The notes under the pieces: generated by a model | Databases searched by the model: none | Seen by the model: the letters and a program-made list of their open reading frames with translations, nothing else | What the model was told of the DNA's origin: nothing | Virus record (IMG/VR): IMGVR_UViG_3300009370_001221 | Location: 171,364 to 235,363 of that record | DNA length: 64,000 nucleotides | Strand: one strand, 5' to 3' | Shown: positions 29,812 through 39,056 of the stretch, piece after piece | Layout: each line of letters opens with the position of its first letter | Position numbering within the stretch: the stretch's first letter is position 1 | Program-made: the position numbers and the translations under genes

Positions 29812-29973
29812 TTAATACCCCGTAAGTATCTTAAGGTTGATTTCATTTGCATCACACATCTCGATAATCTCGTCGTTAGTCATCCACTTGGCGACCATTA
29901 CTACGAAATTATCAGGATCCAGTAATCCTTCCTGTACTGCTTCACAAAGACGTTCACGTGCATCGCGGTCCAT
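29812..29973 (-). CDS. small hypothetical protein (MDRDARERLCE...)
   Basis: 53-aa ORF overlapping the upstream stop. Confidence 0.5.
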   Translation of the reverse strand: MDRDARERLCEAVQEGLLDPDNFVVMVAKWMTNDEIIEMCDANEINLKILTGY

Positions 29974-30263
29974 TAGAAGTACCTCACGCGAGTGGAATCT
30001 GTGTTTTCGAATATATCCGTTTTGTCGCGCCGTATACCGGGCAATGCTCCTTTCGGAACTTCGTTTTCAGTCAAGTAGCCAAATCCCTTGTAATTGCCGG
30101 AGTCCATAAGGACTTGCTCAACCATCAGCATCACGCCTTGTCGCCAGTAGCGATCAACAGGAACGTATTTGCTTTCTACTTCGCTCCAACGCATGGACGC
30201 TTCAAGGGCTCGATTTGCTATACCCTTGACTTTTTCAACTTCGATTGTCTTTCGACTTGCCAT
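29973..30263 (-). CDS. hypothetical protein
   Basis: first gene after promoter 30297; GGAG SD. Confidence 0.7.
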   Translation of the reverse strand: MASRKTIEVEKVKGIANRALEASMRWSEVESKYVPVDRYWRQGVMLMVEQVLMDSGNYKGFGYLTENEVPKGALPGIRRDKTDIFENTDSTRVRYF

Positions 30264-30296
30264 TTATTTGCTCCAGTAAATTAGCATCATACCACT

Positions 30297-30387
30297 ATTA
30301 TAGCAAATATAGACGAATTGTCTACTATTTTTGTGCTGTAAGTGCTTGATTCTGCTGGATTTTTAAGATTTTTGTAAGTGCTTGATT
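30297..30387 (-). promoter_or_regulatory. sigma70-like promoter (GTAGAC-17-TATAAT) with two upstream AATCAAGCACTTA boxes
   Basis: same architecture as 23523 and 25229. Confidence 0.65.
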
Positions 30388-30398
30388 TTAAAGGGTTT

Positions 30399-30818
30399 TC
30401 AGAAATCGCTAGAATCAGCGATTTTTGCGCTTTCTAAGTATTTTCCCAAGTCGTGACCATTCAGATAAAACATCGTAGCCAGTTTTTCATCAAATATTGA
30501 GATATTCATATATTTCTGTATTCTGCCCATTTTGTTGACATGTATGAAATATGGGCTCGGCATGCGTTTATCCAAGTCCAGATATAGGCGTTGTTTTCCT
30601 GTTACAGATACAGTACTGAGATCAAATCTGTATTCTTTTAGTTTTAACTCTTTTGTGAATGTAAGATAACCTGGTTTTGTGAGTCGCAGACCACTAGAAC
30701 CTCTGACATTATACCACCAAAACAGAGTATACTTTCGTATATTTTCTGTGTTGCGTGGGATATCCAAGAGATCCATAAATTTAATAGTATAATCATTTTT
30801 ATTTAATCTGTTACTCAC
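30399..30818 (-). CDS. hypothetical protein
   Basis: ORF in operon. Confidence 0.65.
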   Translation of the reverse strand: MSNRLNKNDYTIKFMDLLDIPRNTENIRKYTLFWWYNVRGSSGLRLTKPGYLTFTKELKLKEYRFDLSTVSVTGKQRLYLDLDKRMPSPYFIHVNKMGRIQKYMNISIFDEKLATMFYLNGHDLGKYLESAKIADSSDF

Positions 30819-31104
30819 CTTTTTCTACTTTCTTACCTTCTGATAATAAGAAGACTTCGAACTTATTAGTTCTGAATTGCTGATTTAATTTTTTTGCTAG
30901 GTTATGTGCGTGTCCTGGATTACCAAATACAACTCGTTTATATTTTGGCCCAGGGTAATTGACAAGTAAGTTGCTAGTTTTTAAATTAATAGGCTGACCA
31001 TCATAAAACACCGCCCAAATGCCTTCTACTTTTAGTATTTGGTCGGATTTATATGTGTCTTTATTTGTATGCTCTAAAATTACTTCTGGTTTAGGCCTGC
31101 TCAT
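30811..31104 (-). CDS. hypothetical protein
   Basis: ORF in operon. Confidence 0.7.
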   Translation of the reverse strand: MSRPKPEVILEHTNKDTYKSDQILKVEGIWAVFYDGQPINLKTSNLLVNYPGPKYKRVVFGNPGHAHNLAKKLNQQFRTNKFEVFLLSEGKKVEKGE

Positions 31105-31161
31105 TAGTTTAAGTCACTCCTGTATAGTTATATACGTATATAACTATTTATCGTGGCTTAA

Positions 31162-31401
31162 CTAGAACTCTCCGGCGTCAAACTCTACTTCTATTACTTG
31201 ATTTTGTATGATTTGGTCTTGTAATTGTATGATTTGCTCTTGACAAGTAGCGATATGTGTCAAAAGGACCGCTAACGAGTGTTCTAAATCATTACAATGT
31301 TGTTTGCCTATTCTTAATTCACTTTGCCCACTATGCTTTAGTCCAGCAATTTGGTGTAGCAAGTTTTCAATAGGGCGTAGGTTAAGTTGTGGACTTGACA
31401 T
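31162..31401 (-). CDS. hypothetical protein
   Basis: ORF in operon. Confidence 0.6.
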   Translation of the reverse strand: MSSPQLNLRPIENLLHQIAGLKHSGQSELRIGKQHCNDLEHSLAVLLTHIATCQEQIIQLQDQIIQNQVIEVEFDAGEF

Positions 31402-31870
31402 ACTTTAATGCTTCCTTTGCATCCTCTACTGACTTGTATGGACCTTTGTATCCATATCTATCTAGCGTAATAAGTTTTGGACAGTATGCAGTAGTCCAAC
31501 CTATCTTATTAAAGTTTATAATATAGTGCCCGGCACAAAACCAACACTTGCTGTCCTTGCGTTTAGTAAACATTGGTAGTTTACGTGCTAGGTCAAATAT
31601 TGTATTGTATCCATTTTTGGAATTGATAGGGTAGTTGTATACTTCTTCTTCTACTTTTGTATCGCGAGTATTCTCTTTATTAAATTTAATAAACCGTAAG
31701 GGATATTTCTTTAATAAGTTTTTCTTATTCTCAAAGGCACTTTTGCGACCGTTTGCTGTTATAACGAACGCATCGCCTAATTTGTTAAGCATGCCTATAC
31801 TTTTACCATCTTTAGAAAGGATCCAGAAACGATCCTTTATTAATGGTTTTGCTATTGTGTCTTTTGTCAT
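31382..31870 (-). CDS. hypothetical protein
   Basis: ORF in operon. Confidence 0.65.
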   Translation of the reverse strand: MTKDTIAKPLIKDRFWILSKDGKSIGMLNKLGDAFVITANGRKSAFENKKNLLKKYPLRFIKFNKENTRDTKVEEEVYNYPINSKNGYNTIFDLARKLPMFTKRKDSKCWFCAGHYIINFNKIGWTTAYCPKLITLDRYGYKGPYKSVEDAKEALKYVKSTT

Positions 31871-32145
31871 CGTCCTATGTCCTTGATGCAGTCTTCGCTA
31901 ATCACCATATATGGACCTTTATTAAAGGCCGGCGCAATAGTGTGATTAGACTTATATGATTTTCGTTTTGGTAATGCGCCTAGAACTCTAGAGTCGTGTG
32001 AGGGAATATCTTTTGTAGGGCAGTTTGTTTCGTAATTAGGAAAAGGATTCACAGTAGAAGTAAATCTTATTTTCTTTTTTCGGCCTATTGCTTTATTGCG
32101 TCTCTTACGATACGCCGCCGCCATACGTTCTTGATATGTGTTCAT
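31867..32145 (-). CDS. hypothetical protein
   Basis: ..APAFNKGPY.VI C-terminus. Confidence 0.65.
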   Translation of the reverse strand: MNTYQERMAAAYRKRRNKAIGRKKKIRFTSTVNPFPNYETNCPTKDIPSHDSRVLGALPKRKSYKSNHTIAPAFNKGPYMVISEDCIKDIGR

Positions 32146-32151
32146 TTAATG

Positions 32152-32433
32152 CTATTTGTCCTTCAAGTATTCTAATGTTTCAGACAACTGTGGTTTTCGA
32201 TCTTTAAATTTATCAATGGTATCTTTCCATTGTTTTTTATCAGTAACAAAATTAGGGTATGCACCTATTGCTTTTCCTATAGTACGATCCAACTCATCCA
32301 TAGTAGTTAAATCTTGTTTTGCTTCTAATACTTTGCGTTTAGCATCCAAACCAAACGTATTCTTAAACCAGATGTTTAGTCTATCGCTAATGTTTACTAC
32401 TTTTCTAAACGTTTTTCTACTGATTATCTTCAA
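32152..32433 (-). CDS. hypothetical protein
   Basis: ORF in operon. Confidence 0.6.
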   Translation of the reverse strand: MKIISRKTFRKVVNISDRLNIWFKNTFGLDAKRKVLEAKQDLTTMDELDRTIGKAIGAYPNFVTDKKQWKDTIDKFKDRKPQLSETLEYLKDK

Positions 32434-32810
32434 AACAATTCCCTTTCTGTTAATACTTGAAACTCATACCCATGATCTATACAATATAATCTAGCGGCTC
32501 TCCACTTGGCTCTGTTTACACTCCAAGATGTCTGCCACTTAGGTTTAATTTCAATAATTTTCTCAATAGTCTTGCCTTCAATATCCTTGTACTTTACATA
32601 AAAATCTGGATAGTAATTGTGTGTACGCTCATCTTTTGGTGATACATATGGAATATGGATTGGCTCACTATCCCATTTTAATATATTCTCTGAACGATCA
32701 CAATAGATCATAAATCTCCGTTCCCACATCGATCTATATATTGCATCCTTCTTATCAAGTTTAGACTTGTTTTTAGGTATATACTTTCCTTTAATTGCTG
32801 TGTTTCTCAT
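32430..32810 (-). CDS. gp4: T4 gp4-like head completion nuclease (TnsA N-terminal fold)
   Basis: GKYIPKN..K, YRS.WE..FM..CD....IL.W.SE...IPY.SP.D...H.YYPDF...EIKP. Confidence 0.85.
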   Translation of the reverse strand: MRNTAIKGKYIPKNKSKLDKKDAIYRSMWERRFMIYCDRSENILKWDSEPIHIPYVSPKDERTHNYYPDFYVKYKDIEGKTIEKIIEIKPKWQTSWSVNRAKWRAARLYCIDHGYEFQVLTERELF

Positions 32811-32811
32811 T

Positions 32812-33141
32812 TTACATCCATAAGTCTGTGTAGTGCTTTCCAAACAATGCAAATCCGTCTTTAGTGTCTTGCCAACGCTCATCAGTCCAATAGTCTATAT
32901 CACTGTCTGTATCTCCGACAACATTCTCGAAAGCAATAATCATTTTATCAATTGCATCGGACCAATCTTCAAATTCCTCAAAGTCTTGTGGATAACTTTG
33001 CGAGTTATCTCGCAATTGTTCTAGAGCAGGAATAATTATTAATGCTAATGTGTGATCCAATGCCCATGTATCCCATGGGTGTATTTCTACATCAATGTCA
33101 AAACTGCCATCATTTTGCGGCTCACCAATGTCAACTCTCAT
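32812..33141 (-). CDS. hypothetical protein
   Basis: WDTW.LD.TLA.II.P.L..L motif. Confidence 0.7.
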   Translation of the reverse strand: MRVDIGEPQNDGSFDIDVEIHPWDTWALDHTLALIIIPALEQLRDNSQSYPQDFEEFEDWSDAIDKMIIAFENVVGDTDSDIDYWTDERWQDTKDGFALFGKHYTDLWM

Positions 33142-33488
33142 TTTATTTTCCTCGGCCTTCCCTCATCATCAAGGGCAACATTTACAAAATCTCCACATGC
33201 TACTCTAGTTTTACCTACATATACATCAATGTGTACAGTTGCAGATGTTGTCCCTAACTTTACAATGTGTCCATAACAAGAGACTAAATCTCCTATTTGT
33301 ACACACTTAAAAAATTCTATATTATTAACTGCTCGGGTAGCACTCTTTCCTTCTGGTGCTATATGTGCAGATGCCAAGTCCATTAAACCCATAAGCCAGC
33401 CACCAAATATATCGCCCCGAGCATTGGTGTCTCGCGGCATTGCTGATACTTGTATAACTAATTTGCCTAGTAATTCGTTAAAAGCCAT
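33138..33488 (-). CDS. acyl-CoA thioesterase (YciA/hotdog fold)
   Basis: MPRDTNARGDIFGGWLM..MD, F...V..GD.V, DDEGRPR. Confidence 0.88.
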   Translation of the reverse strand: MAFNELLGKLVIQVSAMPRDTNARGDIFGGWLMGLMDLASAHIAPEGKSATRAVNNIEFFKCVQIGDLVSCYGHIVKLGTTSATVHIDVYVGKTRVACGDFVNVALDDEGRPRKIK

Positions 33489-34003
33489 TTAATTGTCCTT
33501 GGATATAACTCATGTTCTACTTTGTGTATTCGTTGTTCTAAATCCTCTAAACTATCATGGTTGAGTATGGGAACTCTTATTTGCTCTATAACAGAGCCAG
33601 TATCCATTCCCTCATCTACATAATGTACTGTAACGCCGGTCTCATTAACACCTGCGTCAAATGCTTGCTTAATAGCACCCGCCCCCTTGAACTCTGGAAG
33701 TAAAGATGGATGAATGTTGATAATGTGCGATTCCCAGCGTTGTACGAAACCAGGGCTCAAGAGTCGCATAAAGCCGGCGAGTACTATTAAGTCTATTTTG
33801 TATTCTTCACATATATTTGTTGTTCTATGTTCTAATCGTTTAAGGCTAGACAATACATACGTAGGTATTCCTGCCTCTTCTGCTCTAGTCAATCCATAGG
33901 CATTAGGCTTGTCAGACAAAACATACTTAACAGGCAAGTTTGCGTCTATAATTGCCTGCAAGTTTGTTCCTGAACCAGATAGTAATACAACTATTCCTGA
34001 CAC
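33467..34003 (-). CDS. purN: phosphoribosylglycinamide formyltransferase
   Basis: SGSGTNLQA, LAGFMR, NIHPSLLP, TGVTVHYV..GMDTG. Confidence 0.9.
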   Translation of the reverse strand: MSGIVVLLSGSGTNLQAIIDANLPVKYVLSDKPNAYGLTRAEEAGIPTYVLSSLKRLEHRTTNICEEYKIDLIVLAGFMRLLSPGFVQRWESHIINIHPSLLPEFKGAGAIKQAFDAGVNETGVTVHYVDEGMDTGSVIEQIRVPILNHDSLEDLEQRIHKVEHELYPRTIKWLLTNY

Positions 34004-34974
34004 TACGCCTCCGAGTAACTCGAGTTTAAAATTTCACTAAATCTTTGAGCATCATCACCTAACTTTTGTAGGTTATGCTTGCCACAAAACTTCATAAAAT
34101 GAATCCCTACACTAGTATTCTTTTTTGCTGTAATACTGTTTATAGTTTCATTCATTTGTTCTCTAATATCGTCTGGTTGCTCCATTAAGTCAATCAGTCT
34201 TTTGTTGCGCTCGTAATCATCCTTTACTCTATGCTCAACATTATTGTGATCAACCCAACGTTGAAGCATCATATTGTTCCAAGCAAAACCTTGATTGGTT
34301 CTGTCCTCAAATGCTTCTAATAATTTGTTCTTTCTAATGCGTGGATACGCACTAAAGACGTTATCACTAGCATCACCTCTCATACACTTCTCAAATAATA
34401 ACCACTCGGGATTCGGTATTTCTTTTGGCTCTTTGGTCTTTTTATCTATGACCATGTCGCCTTTTTTATCAAATATACCGCATACTGTTATTAGTTGATC
34501 TGTGATGCCATTGTATTGTTTAACGTTATCTTTTATAAGTTGATAGAAATCGCTATCACTACTTATAATGTAGTGTTCATCAAACGGGTGATTTTGAATA
34601 AAACCCGCAATTAAATCATCCGCTTCTAATACATCGTTTTGTATTACTGAGCAGTTTGTTCTGTCGTCTAAAAACTTAACAAAGTCAGTAAACACTTCCC
34701 AAAAGAGTTCGTCTTCTTCTTGTTCTTTTTCAGTGAGTGCTTGTCGTGCTACAACCCTATTCTTTTTATAGGGCTCGTAATAATCTTTACGCCAACTGCG
34801 TCCTTCCAAACAAAAGATAACGTGGTCAGCATTAAATTCGCGCCATACTTTAGCAACACTATTAAGTGTCACATGTATAGCAAGTCCTAGTTTTGTATCA
34901 GTATCGACACTCTTTGCTACAACATGCCTTGCTCTGAAGAACATGTTGGCGGTGTCTATTAGTAAATATTTCAT
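34003..34974 (-). CDS. rnh: RNase H / 5'-3' exonuclease (T4 rnh-like)
   Basis: LIDTAN, SWRK..Y..YK.NR, LEADD, SSDSDF.QL, K..RGD.SDNV. Confidence 0.88.
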   Translation of the reverse strand: MKYLLIDTANMFFRARHVVAKSVDTDTKLGLAIHVTLNSVAKVWREFNADHVIFCLEGRSWRKDYYEPYKKNRVVARQALTEKEQEEDELFWEVFTDFVKFLDDRTNCSVIQNDVLEADDLIAGFIQNHPFDEHYIISSDSDFYQLIKDNVKQYNGITDQLITVCGIFDKKGDMVIDKKTKEPKEIPNPEWLLFEKCMRGDASDNVFSAYPRIRKNKLLEAFEDRTNQGFAWNNMMLQRWVDHNNVEHRVKDDYERNKRLIDLMEQPDDIREQMNETINSITAKKNTSVGIHFMKFCGKHNLQKLGDDAQRFSEILNSSYSEA

Positions 34975-34992
34975 AGCGCACTCTATGGAATT

Positions 34993-35029
34993 GAAGTTAC
35001 GGCCACCCCAGGTGATGGCCGATCACTTC
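34993..35029. other. intergenic stem-loop (terminator or processing hairpin)
   Basis: GAAGT..CGGCCA/TGGCCG..ACTTC inverted repeat; no clear U-tract. Confidence 0.45.
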
Positions 35030-35041
35030 TGTTGATGTGTT

Positions 35042-35272
35042 TTACTTCTTAGTAAAAAGCCAATACAGGACTGCGGCCGCTACTAATCCAACTAGGCCGT
35101 TACTACCAAGTGAACTCACCAGTCCTATAATATTGCCTACAACATCACCGGGCAAAAATGCCACTGAAGGTCCAAAGATAATTTGGACAATTACTGCTAA
35201 GGCGATTAAAGATACACCAACTTCCGTTAGTTTACTCACCCACCCTAAAACAGTGTCTACGATGCCAGCCAT
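35042..35272 (-). CDS. small membrane protein (start MAGIVD)
   Basis: two hydrophobic helices, GLVGLV. Confidence 0.7.
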   Translation of the reverse strand: MAGIVDTVLGWVSKLTEVGVSLIALAVIVQIIFGPSVAFLPGDVVGNIIGLVSSLGSNGLVGLVAAAVLYWLFTKK

Positions 35273-35357
35273 ATTAATACCTCCTGAGGTTTTATCGATT
35301 GTGCATAATTGATGCACTGGCAAATCATAATTGCCCAATTGCAACTATGATCTATAT

Positions 35358-35386
35358 AGTATAACAAGTTATACCATTTTTGTCAA
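35358..35386 (-). promoter_or_regulatory. sigma70-like promoter
   Basis: TTGACA-17-TATACT. Confidence 0.65.
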
Positions 35387-35959
35387 TCTATTCAACAGAA
35401 CACGAGCCCATGCTTTATGACCAAATGGGCCATAGTATTCTGTGCCTGGATTGAAGAAGAGATTCTGTTTTGTCAATTGTGAAACCATAGTTTCCTGTGG
35501 ATCATACGGACCGATATAAGAGTCTCCAAAATCATATCGATCATTTTCCTGAATATTCAGGCAATTGACCGTATTGAACATGAGATGTTTTGTTTTAGTT
35601 TTATTCAATTGTTCATGTAATTGAATAATATCTTTTAACATACTTTCATGTCCTCGTAATAAACCATCCCAGTCCTCAAAGCCTATTATAGCAATTACAT
35701 CTTCTGGGTGTGGTTTAGGATTAATATATCGCATAGTTTCCATCATAATAGATTCATTATTATAATGTGATTTCGATATATTAAAACTTCCTATTTGCAT
35801 TACTGGCGTTATATGTATTGGCCAGGCTTTTGCTTTATTATCTGGATGTGGAACATCGCCATGATGTCTCCATAATTGATCATCACTTGCAGATGAATAA
35901 TCATTGACGCATTTTGCGCCTGCTGTATGAGCACCGCCAACACAGACAATACTGCTCAT
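35369..35959 (-). CDS. degenerate SGNH-like protein
   Basis: VGGAHTAG in place of GDS; ...GHKAWA. Confidence 0.5.
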   Translation of the reverse strand: MSSIVCVGGAHTAGAKCVNDYSSASDDQLWRHHGDVPHPDNKAKAWPIHITPVMQIGSFNISKSHYNNESIMMETMRYINPKPHPEDVIAIIGFEDWDGLLRGHESMLKDIIQLHEQLNKTKTKHLMFNTVNCLNIQENDRYDFGDSYIGPYDPQETMVSQLTKQNLFFNPGTEYYGPFGHKAWARVLLNRLTKMV

Positions 35960-36186
35960 TTTTCTTTATTGAACCATTTCCATGCTTGAGCATCAATCCA
36001 TTTTTTACCAATGTAAATCAATGCTATTAATATTAGAACTATAAATGCATCACCATACCACGGCAAGTCAGTATTGAGACTGACACCACCAACATTTAAT
36101 CCTTCATCAGATGGAATATTTGTTTGCTGTACTATTACAGAATTATCGTCTGTATTAACAGTAATTGTTTTACCACTTTCACTCAT
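35956..36186 (-). CDS. small membrane protein
   Basis: single TM segment. Confidence 0.6.
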   Translation of the reverse strand: MSESGKTITVNTDDNSVIVQQTNIPSDEGLNVGGVSLNTDLPWYGDAFIVLILIALIYIGKKWIDAQAWKWFNKEK

Positions 36187-36566
36187 TCGTATTCTCTCCT
36201 GCCACCTTCTATTTCTCGTCCTTGAATAATACTATTTGAAAATACTTCTTCGTCATATTGTTCTAATGCAATTTGTTTACATAAATCTTGGAACCATTGA
36301 TCTACTACATCTTCATCAGTGTCACCAGTCAAGCCATGCCCACGTAACATCTTTACGAAATACTCGTTCCAGTCTAGTTCAAAAGCACCATTGCGTGGAT
36401 TATCAACATCTATTTCCACGTCAACAATAGTAAACCAAGGCTCTTCATTTTTAGTCGCTTGTTCTTTTGGTGTTAATTTTGCTTTTTTAGGAGCAGGTTG
36501 TTCTGCTTTTGGTTCTGGTTTTGGCTTGCGATTAATTGCCTTGCCTAATTTATCAAATAATCCCAT
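36183..36566 (-). CDS. hypothetical protein
   Basis: EPW......G.FELDWN..F...L...G..G. Confidence 0.7.
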   Translation of the reverse strand: MGLFDKLGKAINRKPKPEPKAEQPAPKKAKLTPKEQATKNEEPWFTIVDVEIDVDNPRNGAFELDWNEYFVKMLRGHGLTGDTDEDVVDQWFQDLCKQIALEQYDEEVFSNSIIQGREIEGGRREYE

Positions 36567-36823
36567 TATTGTATTACCGTGCCATCTTTTTGTTTAATTG
36601 CTACTGCCATTTCAATTCCTTCTGGAGTTAATTCGACATAATCTTCATACATTTCTTCTGAAATATCAGAAGAATCAACACCAAATAGTAGTAATAATGA
36701 ACCAACTGATATCTCAGTTATGCCTTCATTTCTGCATTCCAATAGAACTTTTAACATAAGTTCTTCTATTTTTGGATCATTTTGTTTTACGGGCAAGTTG
36801 CTTAAATATTCTGGTATGTCCAT
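36566..36823 (-). CDS. hypothetical protein
   Basis: ORF in operon. Confidence 0.6.
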   Translation of the reverse strand: MDIPEYLSNLPVKQNDPKIEELMLKVLLECRNEGITEISVGSLLLLFGVDSSDISEEMYEDYVELTPEGIEMAVAIKQKDGTVIQ

Positions 36824-37662
36824 TATGTTCCCCAGGCGTTTCCAAATAAATCGGAATGTAGTCTTGGACTGTATTTAAGTCCGTATTTCATTGCTAGATC
36901 TGCAACGTAGCGTGAATTAAAGGAATAATCTTCGTAGCATCCGCCTACTGGCATTACATATACTGGACAATTTACTCCAGCACTTCTGTATGCCTCTACA
37001 GCCTCCAGCACTTCATTAATACCCTCTTCATTATCTATCACGAATTTAAAATACATATCTGATTTTTGAACGGCAGAATATTCTTTTGCTACGTCTGGTT
37101 TAATAGCATCCGACCATATTTCGCCACTTGCTGATAGTTTAGGACTACAAGACCAAGTTATCCATGGCCTGTCAGTACCAGCAAAAAAGTCATTCCATCG
37201 TAATTCTTGTGTTGTATTTGTCTCAAATGTCATGTGCTTTAAACTACTCATTCTTGGATGCTTTAATAATGGCTCATATATACGTTGCCATAACATAGGT
37301 TCACCGCCTGTTACAACTAAATGTATTTCTTCCCATTGATTGCGCGGTGTTATATCTAATAAATCTGTTACTACGCCGTCTATGTCAGTTGTTGTAGCAA
37401 ATCGTTTAAAACGCGGATCCCAACTAGCATAACTATCACAACCTGTTTTAACTAATGGTAATCCATCCATTGCGGTATAATCATCTGGATCAACCCACAA
37501 CCGCTCTTCACTTACCTGCCGTTGTCCAGCACTAACCTCTGGCATTCCAAAGCCTTGGCATTTGAAGTTACAACCAAATAAACGTAGGAATACACTTGGT
37601 GTTCCTACCCATCTACCTTCGCCTTGTAGGCTGTAGAATATTTCAGTATATCTAACTTTCAT
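36823..37662 (-). CDS. queE: 7-carboxy-7-deazaguanine synthase (radical SAM)
   Basis: EIFYSLQGEG..VG.PSVFLR..GCNF.C...GCDS, TGGEP, ETN, SPKL, SPRLH..LFGN. Confidence 0.92.
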   Translation of the reverse strand: MKVRYTEIFYSLQGEGRWVGTPSVFLRLFGCNFKCQGFGMPEVSAGQRQVSEERLWVDPDDYTAMDGLPLVKTGCDSYASWDPRFKRFATTTDIDGVVTDLLDITPRNQWEEIHLVVTGGEPMLWQRIYEPLLKHPRMSSLKHMTFETNTTQELRWNDFFAGTDRPWITWSCSPKLSASGEIWSDAIKPDVAKEYSAVQKSDMYFKFVIDNEEGINEVLEAVEAYRSAGVNCPVYVMPVGGCYEDYSFNSRYVADLAMKYGLKYSPRLHSDLFGNAWGT

Positions 37663-37912
37663 CTTTCTTTTGTTGCTCCATCCATTCTTTCATATCACGT
37701 TTATAGTGTGGTCCGAACCAATGTCGCATTGCCTCTATATGTTTTTTCTCACGTTCTTTTTCATTCTTTTCATGCTCATTTACTATTATAACAATATTCT
37801 TCAAATTGTCAATAGTTACATCTTCTTTTGGCGCACGATAATAATGTGGCTCTTTAAAGTTCTTTAGACTATTTTCCGCAAGTTCTTTAATTTTTTCTAA
37901 TTCATCTTGCAT
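37652..37912 (-). CDS. hypothetical protein
   Basis: ORF in operon. Confidence 0.55.
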   Translation of the reverse strand: MQDELEKIKELAENSLKNFKEPHYYRAPKEDVTIDNLKNIVIIVNEHEKNEKEREKKHIEAMRHWFGPHYKRDMKEWMEQQKKDES

Positions 37913-39056
37913 AACTTTCTATTCCGCCTTCTCTGTGTATGTCCAATGTTAGGCAATGTAGTCCACCATCCCAAAAGAATCTATGTCTAAACGGTGCTAC
38001 TATAGGTTCTATATTGTGTGATCTAAACCATTTAAATAAGTCTTTATTTTCTGTTAAGCATAATACTGTTTCAGGATTTATTACTAATACGTTTACGTCC
38101 CATACTGTTTCCTCACAAAAACCTACCCAATCACTAAACCAGTTATCCACAAAACTAATAAGATCATCATTATGTTCCTCACCAGGAATCCACCATTTAC
38201 CTCTTACCTTGTCTCTAACTTCTAAAAATGGTGACATATTAGACCACTGTGCATCAGGCAAATAATATACGTCCCAACTAGGAAAGTATTTTTTAAAATT
38301 TAATGCTTCTCCGTTACTAATCCAAACGCCAGGTTTAATTGGATTATATATACCATCACTATGTCCATCATTGAAAGCAGTTATTATAGTATAATCTTTT
38401 AATTGCTTTTTAAAATAGTTATAGATATCTATTGGTAACCCATCTAATATTATAGTGTCTCCAAGTCTAACAATACTAGGAGCATCGTTACTATTTCCAA
38501 ATGGAAGATCATCTATAATATTTCCATCGTATTTGTGTAGTTTATTAAATAATGGTTCTAGTGCCGCTATCGTTGCTGGGAAATCTCCGTGATCCTTGCG
38601 TACATCTTTTCTTGTAAGCCTGTATATTGAATCTTTAATAACAATTTGTTCATCTCTTACCATGAGTGGAGGACGAGTTAAGTCACCTGGAAATTCATGT
38701 ATATTGTAATTGTCTAGATATTCTGTAACACCATTTATATCTTTAAATTTAGGCCATTTTTGTAATACTAAATCTCTACGCACTTCCAAGTTATCATCTA
38801 AACATTCTCGCCCTACTTTGTATACATTATACATATTTTCAAAGTCAAATACTTTAGGTCGATTGACTTTTACATTGTACTTCTCTAGTATTTCTCGTAT
38901 GTTCTCTAAATCTTCTATAGTTTCTTCTGTTATTTGTCGCAGAACATTTCTAACACTATTATTTTCTATATAATCAAAAAAGTCAGGACGATAACAATCA
39001 CCAAGCCAACATTCAACTAATGGCTGAAATCCTGTGTTGCAATTTATTACAGCCAA
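37902..39056 (-). CDS. amidinotransferase (pentein superfamily, glycine/inosamine-phosphate amidinotransferase-like)
   Basis: L...V.V.RP, RD..IVI, HSDG, NVL.I, FWDGGLHCLTLD. Confidence 0.8.
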   Translation of the reverse strand: MAVINCNTGFQPLVECWLGDCYRPDFFDYIENNSVRNVLRQITEETIEDLENIREILEKYNVKVNRPKVFDFENMYNVYKVGRECLDDNLEVRRDLVLQKWPKFKDINGVTEYLDNYNIHEFPGDLTRPPLMVRDEQIVIKDSIYRLTRKDVRKDHGDFPATIAALEPLFNKLHKYDGNIIDDLPFGNSNDAPSIVRLGDTIILDGLPIDIYNYFKKQLKDYTIITAFNDGHSDGIYNPIKPGVWISNGEALNFKKYFPSWDVYYLPDAQWSNMSPFLEVRDKVRGKWWIPGEEHNDDLISFVDNWFSDWVGFCEETVWDVNVLVINPETVLCLTENKDLFKWFRSHNIEPIVAPFRHRFFWDGGLHCLTLDIHREGGIESYAR

